The notes under the pieces were generated by a model, which searched no databases, had not been told where the DNA came from, and was given only the letters and a program-made list of their open reading frames with translations. Shown here in pieces: positions 1 through 6,901 of a DNA stretch of 34,637 nucleotides. The translations under genes were made by a program, and so were the position numbers. Within the stretch, counting starts at the first letter, position 1. Each line of letters begins with the position of its first letter. The stretch is from Nitrospinota bacterium (GTDB taxonomy: Bacteria; Nitrospinota; Nitrospinia; Nitrospinales; VA-1), in the NCBI GenBank assembly GCA_036339675.1, contig JAYZAN010000084.1, forward strand, positions 1-34,637, written 5' to 3'.

Positions 1-94
1 CCTGGTATTTTTTCTCCTCGTGAAACTGGCAGCCGTCTTTAAATTTTTCCTGTGCTTCGCGATACTCCTCCACCGTTGCCGGATCTTTTGCCAT
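1..94 (-). CDS. 5' end of a hypothetical protein gene that runs off the left edge. N-terminus reads MAKDPATVEEYREAQEKFKDGCQFHEEKKYQ...
   Basis: ATG complement at 92-94, preceded on the minus strand by an AAGGAA Shine-Dalgarno-like sequence about 9 nt upstream. The frame stays open to the window edge. No recognisable family. Confidence 0.35.
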   Translation of the reverse strand, partial: MAKDPATVEEYREAQEKFKDGCQFHEEKKYQ

Positions 95-430
95 GATAAT
101 TCCTTAATGGATTAAAAAATAATTCCTCCTGCAAATCACGACCCCTTATCAACACAAGGATTGCCCATGATCATCTTTCGGAAGGAAGTATTTTATCATT
201 TCCTTCTCGAAAAATGTAAAGTTGTTGGGAAATTTTTAAATGGATATAGTCATCCGCTCCGGGCGTTACTCAAGAAAACGCAATAGGAACTGCAGGAAGG
301 GTTCACGGAACTTGGCTCGATCTCTCCGGAATTCTCCTGTAAGTGAGGGAGAAAGAGACAATCCTTTTAAGGAAGGAAGGCAACGGATCATCAAGAAGGT
401 ACTAAATGAGAAACCACACCCCGATGGGTT

Positions 431-461
431 CCGCCCCATAATCGGGGCGGAATTCTATTTT
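431..461 (+). terminator. GC-rich hairpin CCGCCCC-ataatc-GGGGCGG followed by AATTCTATTTTC (U-rich on the plus strand): intrinsic-terminator-like.
   Basis: Perfect 7-bp GC stem (431-437 and 444-450) with a 6-nt loop, and a T-rich 3' flank on the plus strand only. It lies 25 nt beyond the stop of the small minus-strand ORF 475..597. Confidence 0.4.
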
Positions 462-474
462 CAGCCCAAACTGT

Positions 475-597
475 TTATTCTGCTGGTTTAGGACTTTCTT
501 CTTCGGTACATTTTCCTTGGGGACATTTCTGCTGAAGACAACCGGTCGTGGCGACCATGGCCATAACAAACATCAATACAGCAAGAATTCCAGCCAT
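475..597 (-). CDS. Small (40 aa) cysteine-rich secreted peptide or lipoprotein: MAGILAVLMFVMAMVATTGCLQQKCPQGKCTEEESPKPAE.
   Basis: Not in the supplied ORF track (under 60 aa). Hand translation of the minus strand gives an ATG at 595-597, an AGGAGA Shine-Dalgarno 9-10 nt upstream, and a hydrophobic signal-like N-terminus ending in TTGC (loose lipobox). It has three Cys spaced C-x4-C-x4-C and a TAA stop at 475-477. Confidence 0.4.
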   Translation of the reverse strand: MAGILAVLMFVMAMVATTGCLQQKCPQGKCTEEESPKPAE

Positions 598-845
598 TTT
601 TTTCGTTCACCTATCTCCTCTTAATAATGCTTTTGTTATAAATTCTACCACTTGAGCCCCTTGATTTTACAAGCTATGCTTTTTATCAATATTTTCGTAG
701 CAATTCAATCAAATTTTTGCCTTTTAACACTATTTTTAGGGGTTACGGCCCATTTCCTCCCCCTGTCCCGAACCTATATTATTCATAAAGAAGGTATAAT
801 GCGGCGAAGGTTTCATAATGATCCGCTTTCTAATCAGGTTAAACC

Positions 846-1640
846 ATGTCCGAGCCCTCTATGCTGGATGCAGCGATGCTCCAATCCAATCTGGACTCGA
901 TCCTAATCGGAGAAAAACTACTGGTTTTTCAGGAAACCGCCTCCACCAATGACCTCGCCAAGACCTATTTCCAGGAGGGGGCGGTCCAGGGACTGATCCT
1001 TATCGCGGACCGGCAAACCGACGGGAAGGGGCGTTTCGGAAGGAGCTGGCATTCCGAATCCGAGGTGGGTATATATACCTCCATCCTTTTAGTCCCGGAC
1101 CTTCCGGTGGAAACACTTTCCGGTCTTCCGTTGTTGGCAGGGGTGGCGGTGGTGACCGCCGTCAATGAGTTCAGCCACCCTAACGCATCTCTCAAATGGC
1201 CGAATGATATCCTCCTGAACGGAAAAAAACTGGGCGGGGTGCTTTGTGAAACCGTTCGGAACCCGCAGGGACAAACGGGTGTCGTGGTGGGAATAGGCAT
1301 CAACGTCAATCACAATTCGTTTCCGGAAGAACTTCGATCCATCGCAACCTCGATACACCTGGAAATGGGCCATCCTATAGACCGGCAGGCCCTCATCCTT
1401 TCCCTTCTGCACCACCTGGACCGGGAGTACCAGGATTTTCTGATCAAGGGGATCGCGGGAATCACCGCCAAATGGTCCCAACACACTAAGATGTTTGGAA
1501 GCTCCATCACCCTGATTAAAGGTAAAACACGGATTCATGGAACCGCTTTACAGCTTGATGAAAAAGGAAACCTGGTAATCCGAACTCCGGAGGGTAACAC
1601 CATGGCCTTCGATTCGGGAGAAGTCACCATGGAAAGCTGA
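846..1640 (+). CDS. birA: Biotin--[acetyl-CoA-carboxylase] ligase (group I BirA, without an N-terminal HTH domain).
   Basis: 264 aa. It contains the biotin-protein-ligase glycine-rich motif GKGRFGRSWHS (the GRGRxGRxW box) and a C-terminal SH3-like tail, with no DNA-binding N-domain. Confidence 0.85.
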   Translation: MSEPSMLDAAMLQSNLDSILIGEKLLVFQETASTNDLAKTYFQEGAVQGLILIADRQTDGKGRFGRSWHSESEVGIYTSILLVPDLPVETLSGLPLLAGVAVVTAVNEFSHPNASLKWPNDILLNGKKLGGVLCETVRNPQGQTGVVVGIGINVNHNSFPEELRSIATSIHLEMGHPIDRQALILSLLHHLDREYQDFLIKGIAGITAKWSQHTKMFGSSITLIKGKTRIHGTALQLDEKGNLVIRTPEGNTMAFDSGEVTMES

Positions 1641-1709
1641 GAGTTCCATTCTATTTGGAAAGCATGATTTTTTTCAGGATAAATAGATCGTCCACAGGCC
1701 GGGGCGGGA

Positions 1710-2210
1710 TCAGAGGGATCCGCTCAGCCCTATATTCAAATGGAACCCGCCAAAATGGAAGGCATCCTCCTGCCAAGAATGAATTTCGATAGCTCGCAAA
1801 AGGATATATTTGTATCGGGAAAATTGCAAAGGATGCATTTCACTTCCCAGTACCTCCCCCGCTACCGTAATTTTGTGTCCTTTCTGATAAGCTGCTTCCG
1901 GTTGAAAAGAATCAGGTATGATAAGAAACCGGCCCTGGGTACGGTCATCCAGGCCAGGTTTCAAACGCCACCCCAACGATCTTTCCAATACCTCAACACG
2001 AATTTCATGGTCCACCTCAAACACCCTCAAAACGGTTCCGCCGAGCAGGACGGTTTTTCCTGTATAGGCTTCTGGGTTACGATGAAACTCGTCGAACAGA
2101 AAATCTCGCTCGCTCCGCTTCAGAATTTCTTCGGAAATGATGGAGGCACATCCGCAAAAGAAACAGATAGCCCCCATCATAAGAAGGATAAAACTGAAAA
2201 TCCGCGTCAT
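1710..2210 (-). CDS. Slp-family outer-membrane lipoprotein (paralog 1).
   Basis: 166 aa with a hydrophobic N-terminus carrying Cys (FFCGCAS). The Slp-like core YTGKTVLLGGTVLRVFEV...RFLII resembles the starvation lipoprotein Slp family. Confidence 0.65.
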   Translation of the reverse strand: MTRIFSFILLMMGAICFFCGCASIISEEILKRSERDFLFDEFHRNPEAYTGKTVLLGGTVLRVFEVDHEIRVEVLERSLGWRLKPGLDDRTQGRFLIIPDSFQPEAAYQKGHKITVAGEVLGSEMHPLQFSRYKYILLRAIEIHSWQEDAFHFGGFHLNIGLSGSL

Positions 2211-2235
2211 ATCGAACCTCCGGGGTCAAGAATGG

Positions 2236-2808
2236 CTATCGGGGAAGATGCAGGGGATGAAACAGGGGCCGGTAATAAGGGTCCCAGTAATACGGATCGT
2301 CATACCCTGTGTAAGGGAACACTTTTTCCCATAAATAGAGTTCCTCCACCTCGATCACCGGATATTCATAGTCCCTGGAACCTATTTTTTTCAGGACATG
2401 GCCCACTACCTTTCCCCCACCCGTAACCGCCCGGCCCTTGGCGTAAATCTCCGGTTCCAGGAAACCGGATCGGGTGAAGATGAAACGGCCGCCCGTTAAG
2501 TCCCCGTACTCTGGGTAACCCAAACGGTCCATATCCTTCTGTACAACCTCTATCTCGGACCTACCTGGAAATATCCGCGTTTCAATAATGATTCCGCCCA
2601 GGACTACTTTCTCACCGATATAGGCACCAGGGTCTTTCAGAACCGCACCAAAGGAAATTGTTTCATCGACCTGGCTTCGGAAATTTTCGGAAATAGGATG
2701 CGCACATGCCAGAAACGCAAAACCACATAGAAACAAAATAAACCGTGGCAGGGCAGGGGAATCAAAAAGGCGGGTGGTACCAGTGGCTGGTGAACAATGG
2801 TTCTTCAA
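2236..2808 (-). CDS. Slp-family outer-membrane lipoprotein (paralog 2, tandem to paralog 1). The start is uncertain (TTG at 2806-2808).
   Basis: 190 aa. AYIGEKVVLGGIIIETRIF...RFIFTRSG parallels AYTGKTVLLGGTVLRVFEV...RFLIIPDS of the downstream paralog. It has a signal-like segment FILFLCGFAFLAC, and its start overlaps the stop of the upstream ORF (TTGA). Confidence 0.6.
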   Translation of the reverse strand: MKNHCSPATGTTRLFDSPALPRFILFLCGFAFLACAHPISENFRSQVDETISFGAVLKDPGAYIGEKVVLGGIIIETRIFPGRSEIEVVQKDMDRLGYPEYGDLTGGRFIFTRSGFLEPEIYAKGRAVTGGGKVVGHVLKKIGSRDYEYPVIEVEELYLWEKVFPYTGYDDPYYWDPYYRPLFHPLHLPR

Positions 2809-3026
2809 AAGCTTTCTTTCTTGATATGCTTTATTCTTGGAATGGTGCTCAGAAAATCCTCAAAATCGTCACAACATTCCTGAATGAAAAGATTAAATTC
2901 GCCTTCCTTCATATTCTTTTCGGAATAAATCTTGGGCCGGGATTTCAACTTATGTCCGATTTTCAGAAACTCCATAAAATTGGCCCGGCATTCATCGACG
3001 AAGCGGTTATAATCATAATCCACCAC
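2805..3026 (-). CDS. ORF overlapping the 3' end of the J-domain gene in another frame. Probably the displaced C-terminal portion of the J-domain protein (frameshift) rather than an independent gene.
   Basis: This frame is open from 3086 to 2805 (84 codons). Its TGA stop overlaps the TTG start of the downstream Slp gene (TTGA), a typical operon junction. An A7 homopolymer at 3056-3062 lies where the two frames could join. Confidence 0.3.
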   Translation of the reverse strand: MVDYDYNRFVDECRANFMEFLKIGHKLKSRPKIYSEKNMKEGEFNLFIQECCDDFEDFLSTIPRIKHIKKESF

Positions 3027-3352
3027 CGACTGCTGGGAATAAACCCGTTTGCTGCTTTTTTTCTCTGCCAGACCAGTTCCTTGCTTTTAAACCGGCCCTG
3101 TCGATGGATGAACCGCCCTAGTATCCGGTCATAGGCCCTTCGCTTCTGCTCATCTGAAAGGATATTATACGCTTCGGTACAGAGCACGAATTTGCGGGTG
3201 GGTTTTCTGTTTCCCGGAAAACGGTCAGGGTGATGTTTCAAGGCATTGACCCGGTACCCTTTCTTGATCTCTTCCAGGCTCGCAAACTTCACCACCCCCA
3301 GAAGCTGGTACAGGTTATAGGGCTTTAAAAATTCCTGCATCTTCATGATCAA
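2963..3352 (-). CDS. J-domain (DnaJ-domain) protein. Its reading frame appears interrupted after the J domain.
   Basis: N-terminal 70 aa form a canonical J domain: YQLLGV...EIKKGYR..ALKHHPDR...EAYNILSDEQKRRAYD with the HPD motif. After about residue 90 the ORF reads as featureless sequence and stops at 2963, while an overlapping frame stays open down to 2805. Confidence 0.7.
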   Translation of the reverse strand: MIMKMQEFLKPYNLYQLLGVVKFASLEEIKKGYRVNALKHHPDRFPGNRKPTRKFVLCTEAYNILSDEQKRRAYDRILGRFIHRQGRFKSKELVWQRKKAANGFIPSSRWWIMIITASSMNAGPILWSF

Positions 3353-3541
3353 TTCACTTATTCACTCGAATCCTTAACAACACTAACTGGTGGGTTAACT
3401 AATTATACACTCATTTAAGGCCATCCCAATAAATGGTGTCAGCCATGAGCCTGCTCTTTAAAAATGGGCCGGTGAACTTCCGGGATCAAGAATCCTGAAT
3501 TATCTGAGGTCTCCTTGAGTAATTTAAGATAAAATCCTCCC

Positions 3542-3940
3542 ATGCTAGAATTTTTATTAATCGTCTTTATCATCCTGCTTTTCATCTTTCCCGTACTGGC
3601 TCTGGCGGTTTTACTGAGACTTTTAACCACCGCGGTCTTGTACCGGAAACTTTATTTATTCGGACACCAGCTTACGGAAGGAAAGAATATCCTCGTTCCC
3701 AACGAAATCACCCAATGTGGCAATTTCATCACCAGCATCGTTATGGCCATTTTATCATCAGGAGTGGTTTTTATCCTGATCATCAACAATATCCTTCTTT
3801 TCGCCTTCAACATGGTTTTCTGCGCTTTTGTCTCTCTCAGGTGGTTCGACTACACGCATAACATGCACCGCGATGCCATCCGGAAAATGAATCCGAAACT
3901 TCCGGAATCTTCCAACCGGTCGGTGTTTGTGGTCTGCTAG
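3542..3940 (+). CDS. Hypothetical integral membrane protein (3-4 predicted TM helices).
   Basis: 132 aa, strongly hydrophobic (LLIVFIILLFIFPVLALAVLL; IVMAILSSGVVFILIINNILLFAFNMVFCAF). No recognisable family. Confidence 0.5.
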   Translation: MLEFLLIVFIILLFIFPVLALAVLLRLLTTAVLYRKLYLFGHQLTEGKNILVPNEITQCGNFITSIVMAILSSGVVFILIINNILLFAFNMVFCAFVSLRWFDYTHNMHRDAIRKMNPKLPESSNRSVFVVC

Positions 3941-4269
3941 GGACTGCAGTCTGGCACTGGACTGGGCGGAGGAATGCTTCCATTCTTCACTGATTCCGGA
4001 TACCTTAGTTTCAGCAAGTCGGAAATCGTTTTCTAGGGAGTTTTCCTGAAGCAGAAGTTCGACGCCTACACCGTGGTATGCATGGAAAAGAAAAGTTTTG
4101 AAAAGATCAGGATCATCGCCAATCGCCTGAGCCACCATCAAACGCCGAGGCCTGGCAAATCGTCTTCAAAGAGCAGTTCTATCCCTTTAAAAGCTGTGAT
4201 CTCTGCAACCGCATCGCCCTTCGCCTCCTCGATCTCTGACAGGTTTTTGTTTTATCTCAGAGCTCCCGG

Positions 4270-4298
4270 TTGAACTGATTCCTGATACCTTATAAAAT
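4270..4298 (+). promoter_or_regulatory. Candidate sigma70-type promoter for the DnaJ-like gene (TTGAAC-N17-TAAAAT or TTGAAC-N15-TATAAA).
   Basis: TTGAAC at 4270-4275 and TATAAAAT at 4291-4298, about 45 nt upstream of the ATG at 4341. No CIRCE element was seen. Confidence 0.3.
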
Positions 4299-4340
4299 AG
4301 AACCATTCCGTAATCGACCCATTTTCCATATATAACTGTC

Positions 4341-5255
4341 ATGCCGGCCACCAAACAAAGGGACTATTACAAAATACTTGGGGTCAAGAAAAAGTCGACT
4401 CTCAAGGACATCAAGAAATCCTACCGGGAGCTGGCGAGAAAATTCCATCCCGACACCAACCAGGGGAGCAAAAAAGCCGAGGAGAAATTCAAGATCATCT
4501 CCGAAGCCTATGAAACCCTACGCAACAAAAAAAAGCGCAAGGAATATGACCAGAGATCGAGTTACGCCCGGCGTGGTCCCAGGACCCAATGGAACGATCC
4601 CGGCGGGAATTACGGGTACGGATATGGCGAGCAACAAAGAACCCGGCAACAATACCAGGAACCTTTCACTCAAACCGCGGAAGAACAAGCTCCCCTCGAA
4701 CCGGATATGCCGAGGGCGGGGTTCGATCTTCAGTTCATGATCAATGTTCCGTTCATGACCGTGGCCCTGGGCGGAGTGGTTCCCTATAGTTATGAAAAAT
4801 ACGTGAACTGCGGCGACTGCGAGGGCACCGGGGAAAAAGACGATACCACCTGCGAAACCTGCCAGGGAAAACGCTGGGTAGTGAGTCCCGTCACCCTGGA
4901 CGTGAAGATTCCCCCCGGTGTGGCCGACCAGTACACGCTTTGCATCCAGAAGGAAGGGGGAGAAGGACTCAACGGCGCGCCTCCGGGCGATTTATTCCTG
5001 AAAGTCCAGACCCAGCCCCATCCACCCTTCAAGCGGGTGAAGGAAAACATTCTCGTGGAGGCCCCCATCCCGGCCAGTCTGGCCGAAAACGGCGGACCGC
5101 TGAAGGTGCAAACGCTGAACTCCACGAAAACCATCGAAGTGGAAGAAGGAACCATTTCGGGAGAGGAATATCGAATCCCCGGGGAAGGCGCCGCCATCAT
5201 GTGGGGGAAAAAACGCGGTGACCTGATCATCAAGTTCATCATCGAGGACGAATGA
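4341..5255 (+). CDS. DnaJ-family co-chaperone with a J domain, a short G/Y-rich linker, a reduced zinc finger (only two CxxC motifs) and DnaJ-like C-terminal beta domains.
   Basis: J domain DYYKILGV...FHPD...EAYETL. Linker GGNYGYGYG. CGDCEGTGEKDDTTCETCQGKRW gives one CxxCxGxG plus one CxxCxGxR, versus four repeats in canonical DnaJ. The C-terminal domain resembles DnaJ CTDI/II. Confidence 0.85.
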   Translation: MPATKQRDYYKILGVKKKSTLKDIKKSYRELARKFHPDTNQGSKKAEEKFKIISEAYETLRNKKKRKEYDQRSSYARRGPRTQWNDPGGNYGYGYGEQQRTRQQYQEPFTQTAEEQAPLEPDMPRAGFDLQFMINVPFMTVALGGVVPYSYEKYVNCGDCEGTGEKDDTTCETCQGKRWVVSPVTLDVKIPPGVADQYTLCIQKEGGEGLNGAPPGDLFLKVQTQPHPPFKRVKENILVEAPIPASLAENGGPLKVQTLNSTKTIEVEEGTISGEEYRIPGEGAAIMWGKKRGDLIIKFIIEDE

Positions 5256-5569
5256 AAACTCTCGTCACCATCTTTGGTATCATTGTCCTGATCCTGATCG
5301 TCATCATCATCACCGTCATCCTCAAACCGGAGGAGAAGCCGGCCGTCCGCAAGATCCAGAAACCTCGGCCTCAACCCAAAAAGAAACCGGAACGAAAAAG
5401 CAGATTCAAGGAACCGCCTCCGCCGGAACAACTGCGGCAGGACATTTCTCAACTGGCAATAGAAGAGCCCAAACTGGTCGTTAATATCGTGAGAAAATGG
5501 CTCAAGGAGGGTGGGAGACCCGGGGATAATATGATAAGAAAAAAAGGCAGTCCCGCCAAAAATAAATAA
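5252..5569 (+). CDS. Small single-pass membrane protein with a Pro/Lys-rich linker and a C-terminal amphipathic segment, translationally coupled to the DnaJ-like gene.
   Basis: ATGA overlap with the stop of the DnaJ-like gene. N-terminal TM helix IFGIIVLILIVIIITVIL, linker KPRPQPKKKPERKSRFKEPPPPE, and C-terminus AIEEPKLVVNIVRKWLKEGG. Confidence 0.55.
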   Translation: MKTLVTIFGIIVLILIVIIITVILKPEEKPAVRKIQKPRPQPKKKPERKSRFKEPPPPEQLRQDISQLAIEEPKLVVNIVRKWLKEGGRPGDNMIRKKGSPAKNK

Positions 5570-5575
5570 GGAGCG

Positions 5576-6346
5576 TTATCCTTTCTTCTTGGCTACCTCT
5601 GCCGCATGGGCCTTTGCCCGTTTCAGCATGGCGGCCCTTTCTTCCGGAGTGAACGTGCGCTTGGGAGTAGCCGGTTTGTCGACAGCAGGTTTGGCGGCGG
5701 TTTTGCCGGCAACCGGTTTAGCGGCGGGTTTCGCCTTGCCGTTCGCCGTGTCGGCGTTGGCTTCAGCAGGTGCGGCCTCTTCTTCGACCGGTTCGGTCCC
5801 GACAGGAGGCGGTGGCGGCTCTCCTTCTATACGTACCAGCCGCATGGACGACCAGACATCTTGGGTCGGGTAAGGCGTGTCCACACCTATTTTGAAATCC
5901 ATGCGGATGATTTTTTCATCACTGCATTCGCTGATCCAGGTGTTGGATGCCCCGCCGGGAGCGAAGATCGGATCCAGGGGATACCCCGTTCCGTTCTTAT
6001 CCATCAGGATCTTGGTCTTGGTTTTATCGAACAGGGTGAGCGACTCCTTCTTGTTCGGGATTCTCCAGTTATCGAAACCGCCGAACTTATCCTTGTTCTG
6101 GTTGACCCAGTCCACATACTCCCGGTGCGTCTGCCAGGGATAGAATTTTTTCATATCCAGCCAGGCATCGGTTTTTTTCCAGGTCAGATTGGAATTGGGA
6201 TCGAAGATGGTTCCGTCGCCGTTATCCACCAAGGGTTTGGCGGCGGGAGCTTCCTTCTTGGGGGGCGCCTTGGCCGCGGGCTTTTCCACGCCTTCAGCCG
6301 GTTTGGCAGACTCTTTCTCTGGTGATGCGGACGGATTTTCGCTCAT
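5576..6346 (-). CDS. DUF1566 (Lcl C-terminal domain) protein with lysine/alanine/proline-rich, histone-H1-like N- and C-terminal tails. No signal peptide.
   Basis: Core DNGDGTIFDPNSNLTWKK...NWRIPNKKESLTL matches the DUF1566 signature (NGDGT..D..TGL.W / WRLPT..EL). Tails include KPAAKAPPKKEAPAAKP and KPAAKPVAGKTAAKPAVDKPATPK. Confidence 0.7.
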   Translation of the reverse strand: MSENPSASPEKESAKPAEGVEKPAAKAPPKKEAPAAKPLVDNGDGTIFDPNSNLTWKKTDAWLDMKKFYPWQTHREYVDWVNQNKDKFGGFDNWRIPNKKESLTLFDKTKTKILMDKNGTGYPLDPIFAPGGASNTWISECSDEKIIRMDFKIGVDTPYPTQDVWSSMRLVRIEGEPPPPPVGTEPVEEEAAPAEANADTANGKAKPAAKPVAGKTAAKPAVDKPATPKRTFTPEERAAMLKRAKAHAAEVAKKKG

Positions 6347-6374
6347 AAAAAAAATATTTTTTAGCTAAGATAAA

Positions 6375-6665
6375 CTAATGGGTGGGTTTGGTTTTGAGTG
6401 CCGTCAAGCCGTTGCCGTCGAGCAACTGCCCGAGATCTTTTCCCGACCGTGTCAGCTCGCACAATATCCCTCCGAGCTCCGTCGCCGAGCACGAACCCAG
6501 GCGGGTCTGAAACTTCATACGGTAACCCGCGGCGTTCTTAGTGATCCAATCGAGAATGCATTGTTCGTCACCGCCTTCGCCTTCCTCAGCCTTCTTTTTC
6601 TCCAGCAGATTGGTCTGAGAAAGACGTATGATCTCGCAAATCAAATCGTCTTTGATGTGGCTCAT
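6375..6665 (-). CDS. Hypothetical small protein (96 aa).
   Basis: Clean ORF in an operon position between oppC and the DUF1566 gene. Contains CILDWITKNAAGYR...LGSCSATELGGILCEL. No family recognised. Confidence 0.45.
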   Translation of the reverse strand: MSHIKDDLICEIIRLSQTNLLEKKKAEEGEGGDEQCILDWITKNAAGYRMKFQTRLGSCSATELGGILCELTRSGKDLGQLLDGNGLTALKTKPTH

Positions 6666-6765
6666 AGCTCAATCCAAACAGAAAAACCTTACAAAGATCG
6701 CAAATCTATAACGATTTTCTTACCTTGTCAAATTCTAATATTCAGAGCGGAACAAGGCAATACAT

Positions 6766-6779
6766 TTCAAATATTTGAA
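6766..6779. promoter_or_regulatory. Perfect 14-bp palindrome TTCAAATATTTGAA in the oppC/small-gene intergenic region.
   Basis: Self-complementary sequence about 100 nt upstream of the start of the 96-aa gene (6665, minus strand). Confidence 0.3.
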
Positions 6780-6901
6780 AAGAAATTGACCCTCTGTCTC
6801 ATCCTTCAAATGGTTCCTTTGTATGCTTTATTTTATCCCATATTTGACGGGGTCTCCAAGCAAAATTGGTAATACCCCAGCAAAACAGCCCGGAACAAGG
6901 A

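Noticed and set aside
240-491. 83-aa plus-strand ORF (MDIVIRSGRYSRKRNRNCRK...)
   Set aside because: It is extremely basic, low-complexity Arg/Lys/Ser-rich sequence with no start context. It runs through the GC hairpin at 431-450 and overlaps the better-supported small minus-strand ORF. Likely spurious.
965-1538. Minus-strand ORFs of 114, 149 and 66 aa inside birA
   Set aside because: They are antisense to a well-supported BirA reading frame and consist of Pro/Arg/Ser-rich shadow-frame sequence.
1740-2426. 228-aa and 65-aa plus-strand ORFs overlapping the Slp genes
   Set aside because: They are antisense to two Slp paralogs whose similarity to each other validates the minus-strand frames.
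3758-4141. 127-aa minus-strand ORF overlapping the membrane-protein gene 3542-3940
   Set aside because: Two-thirds of it is antisense to a strongly hydrophobic, membrane-protein-like plus frame. The non-overlapping N-terminal 67 aa have no Shine-Dalgarno or recognisable features. An independent small gene in 3941-4141 cannot be excluded.
4378-5452. Plus-frame ORFs of 120, 66 and 93 aa and a minus-strand 220-aa ORF overlapping the DnaJ-like gene
   Set aside because: They are alternative or antisense frames of a gene with clear J-domain and zinc-finger signatures, and consist of R/S/G/P-rich low-complexity translations.
5589-6325. 94-aa, 239-aa and 88-aa plus-strand ORFs across the DUF1566 gene
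   Set aside because: They are antisense to a frame carrying the DUF1566 signature. They are Gly/Arg/Ala-rich, typical of the reverse strand of A/K/P-rich coding sequence.
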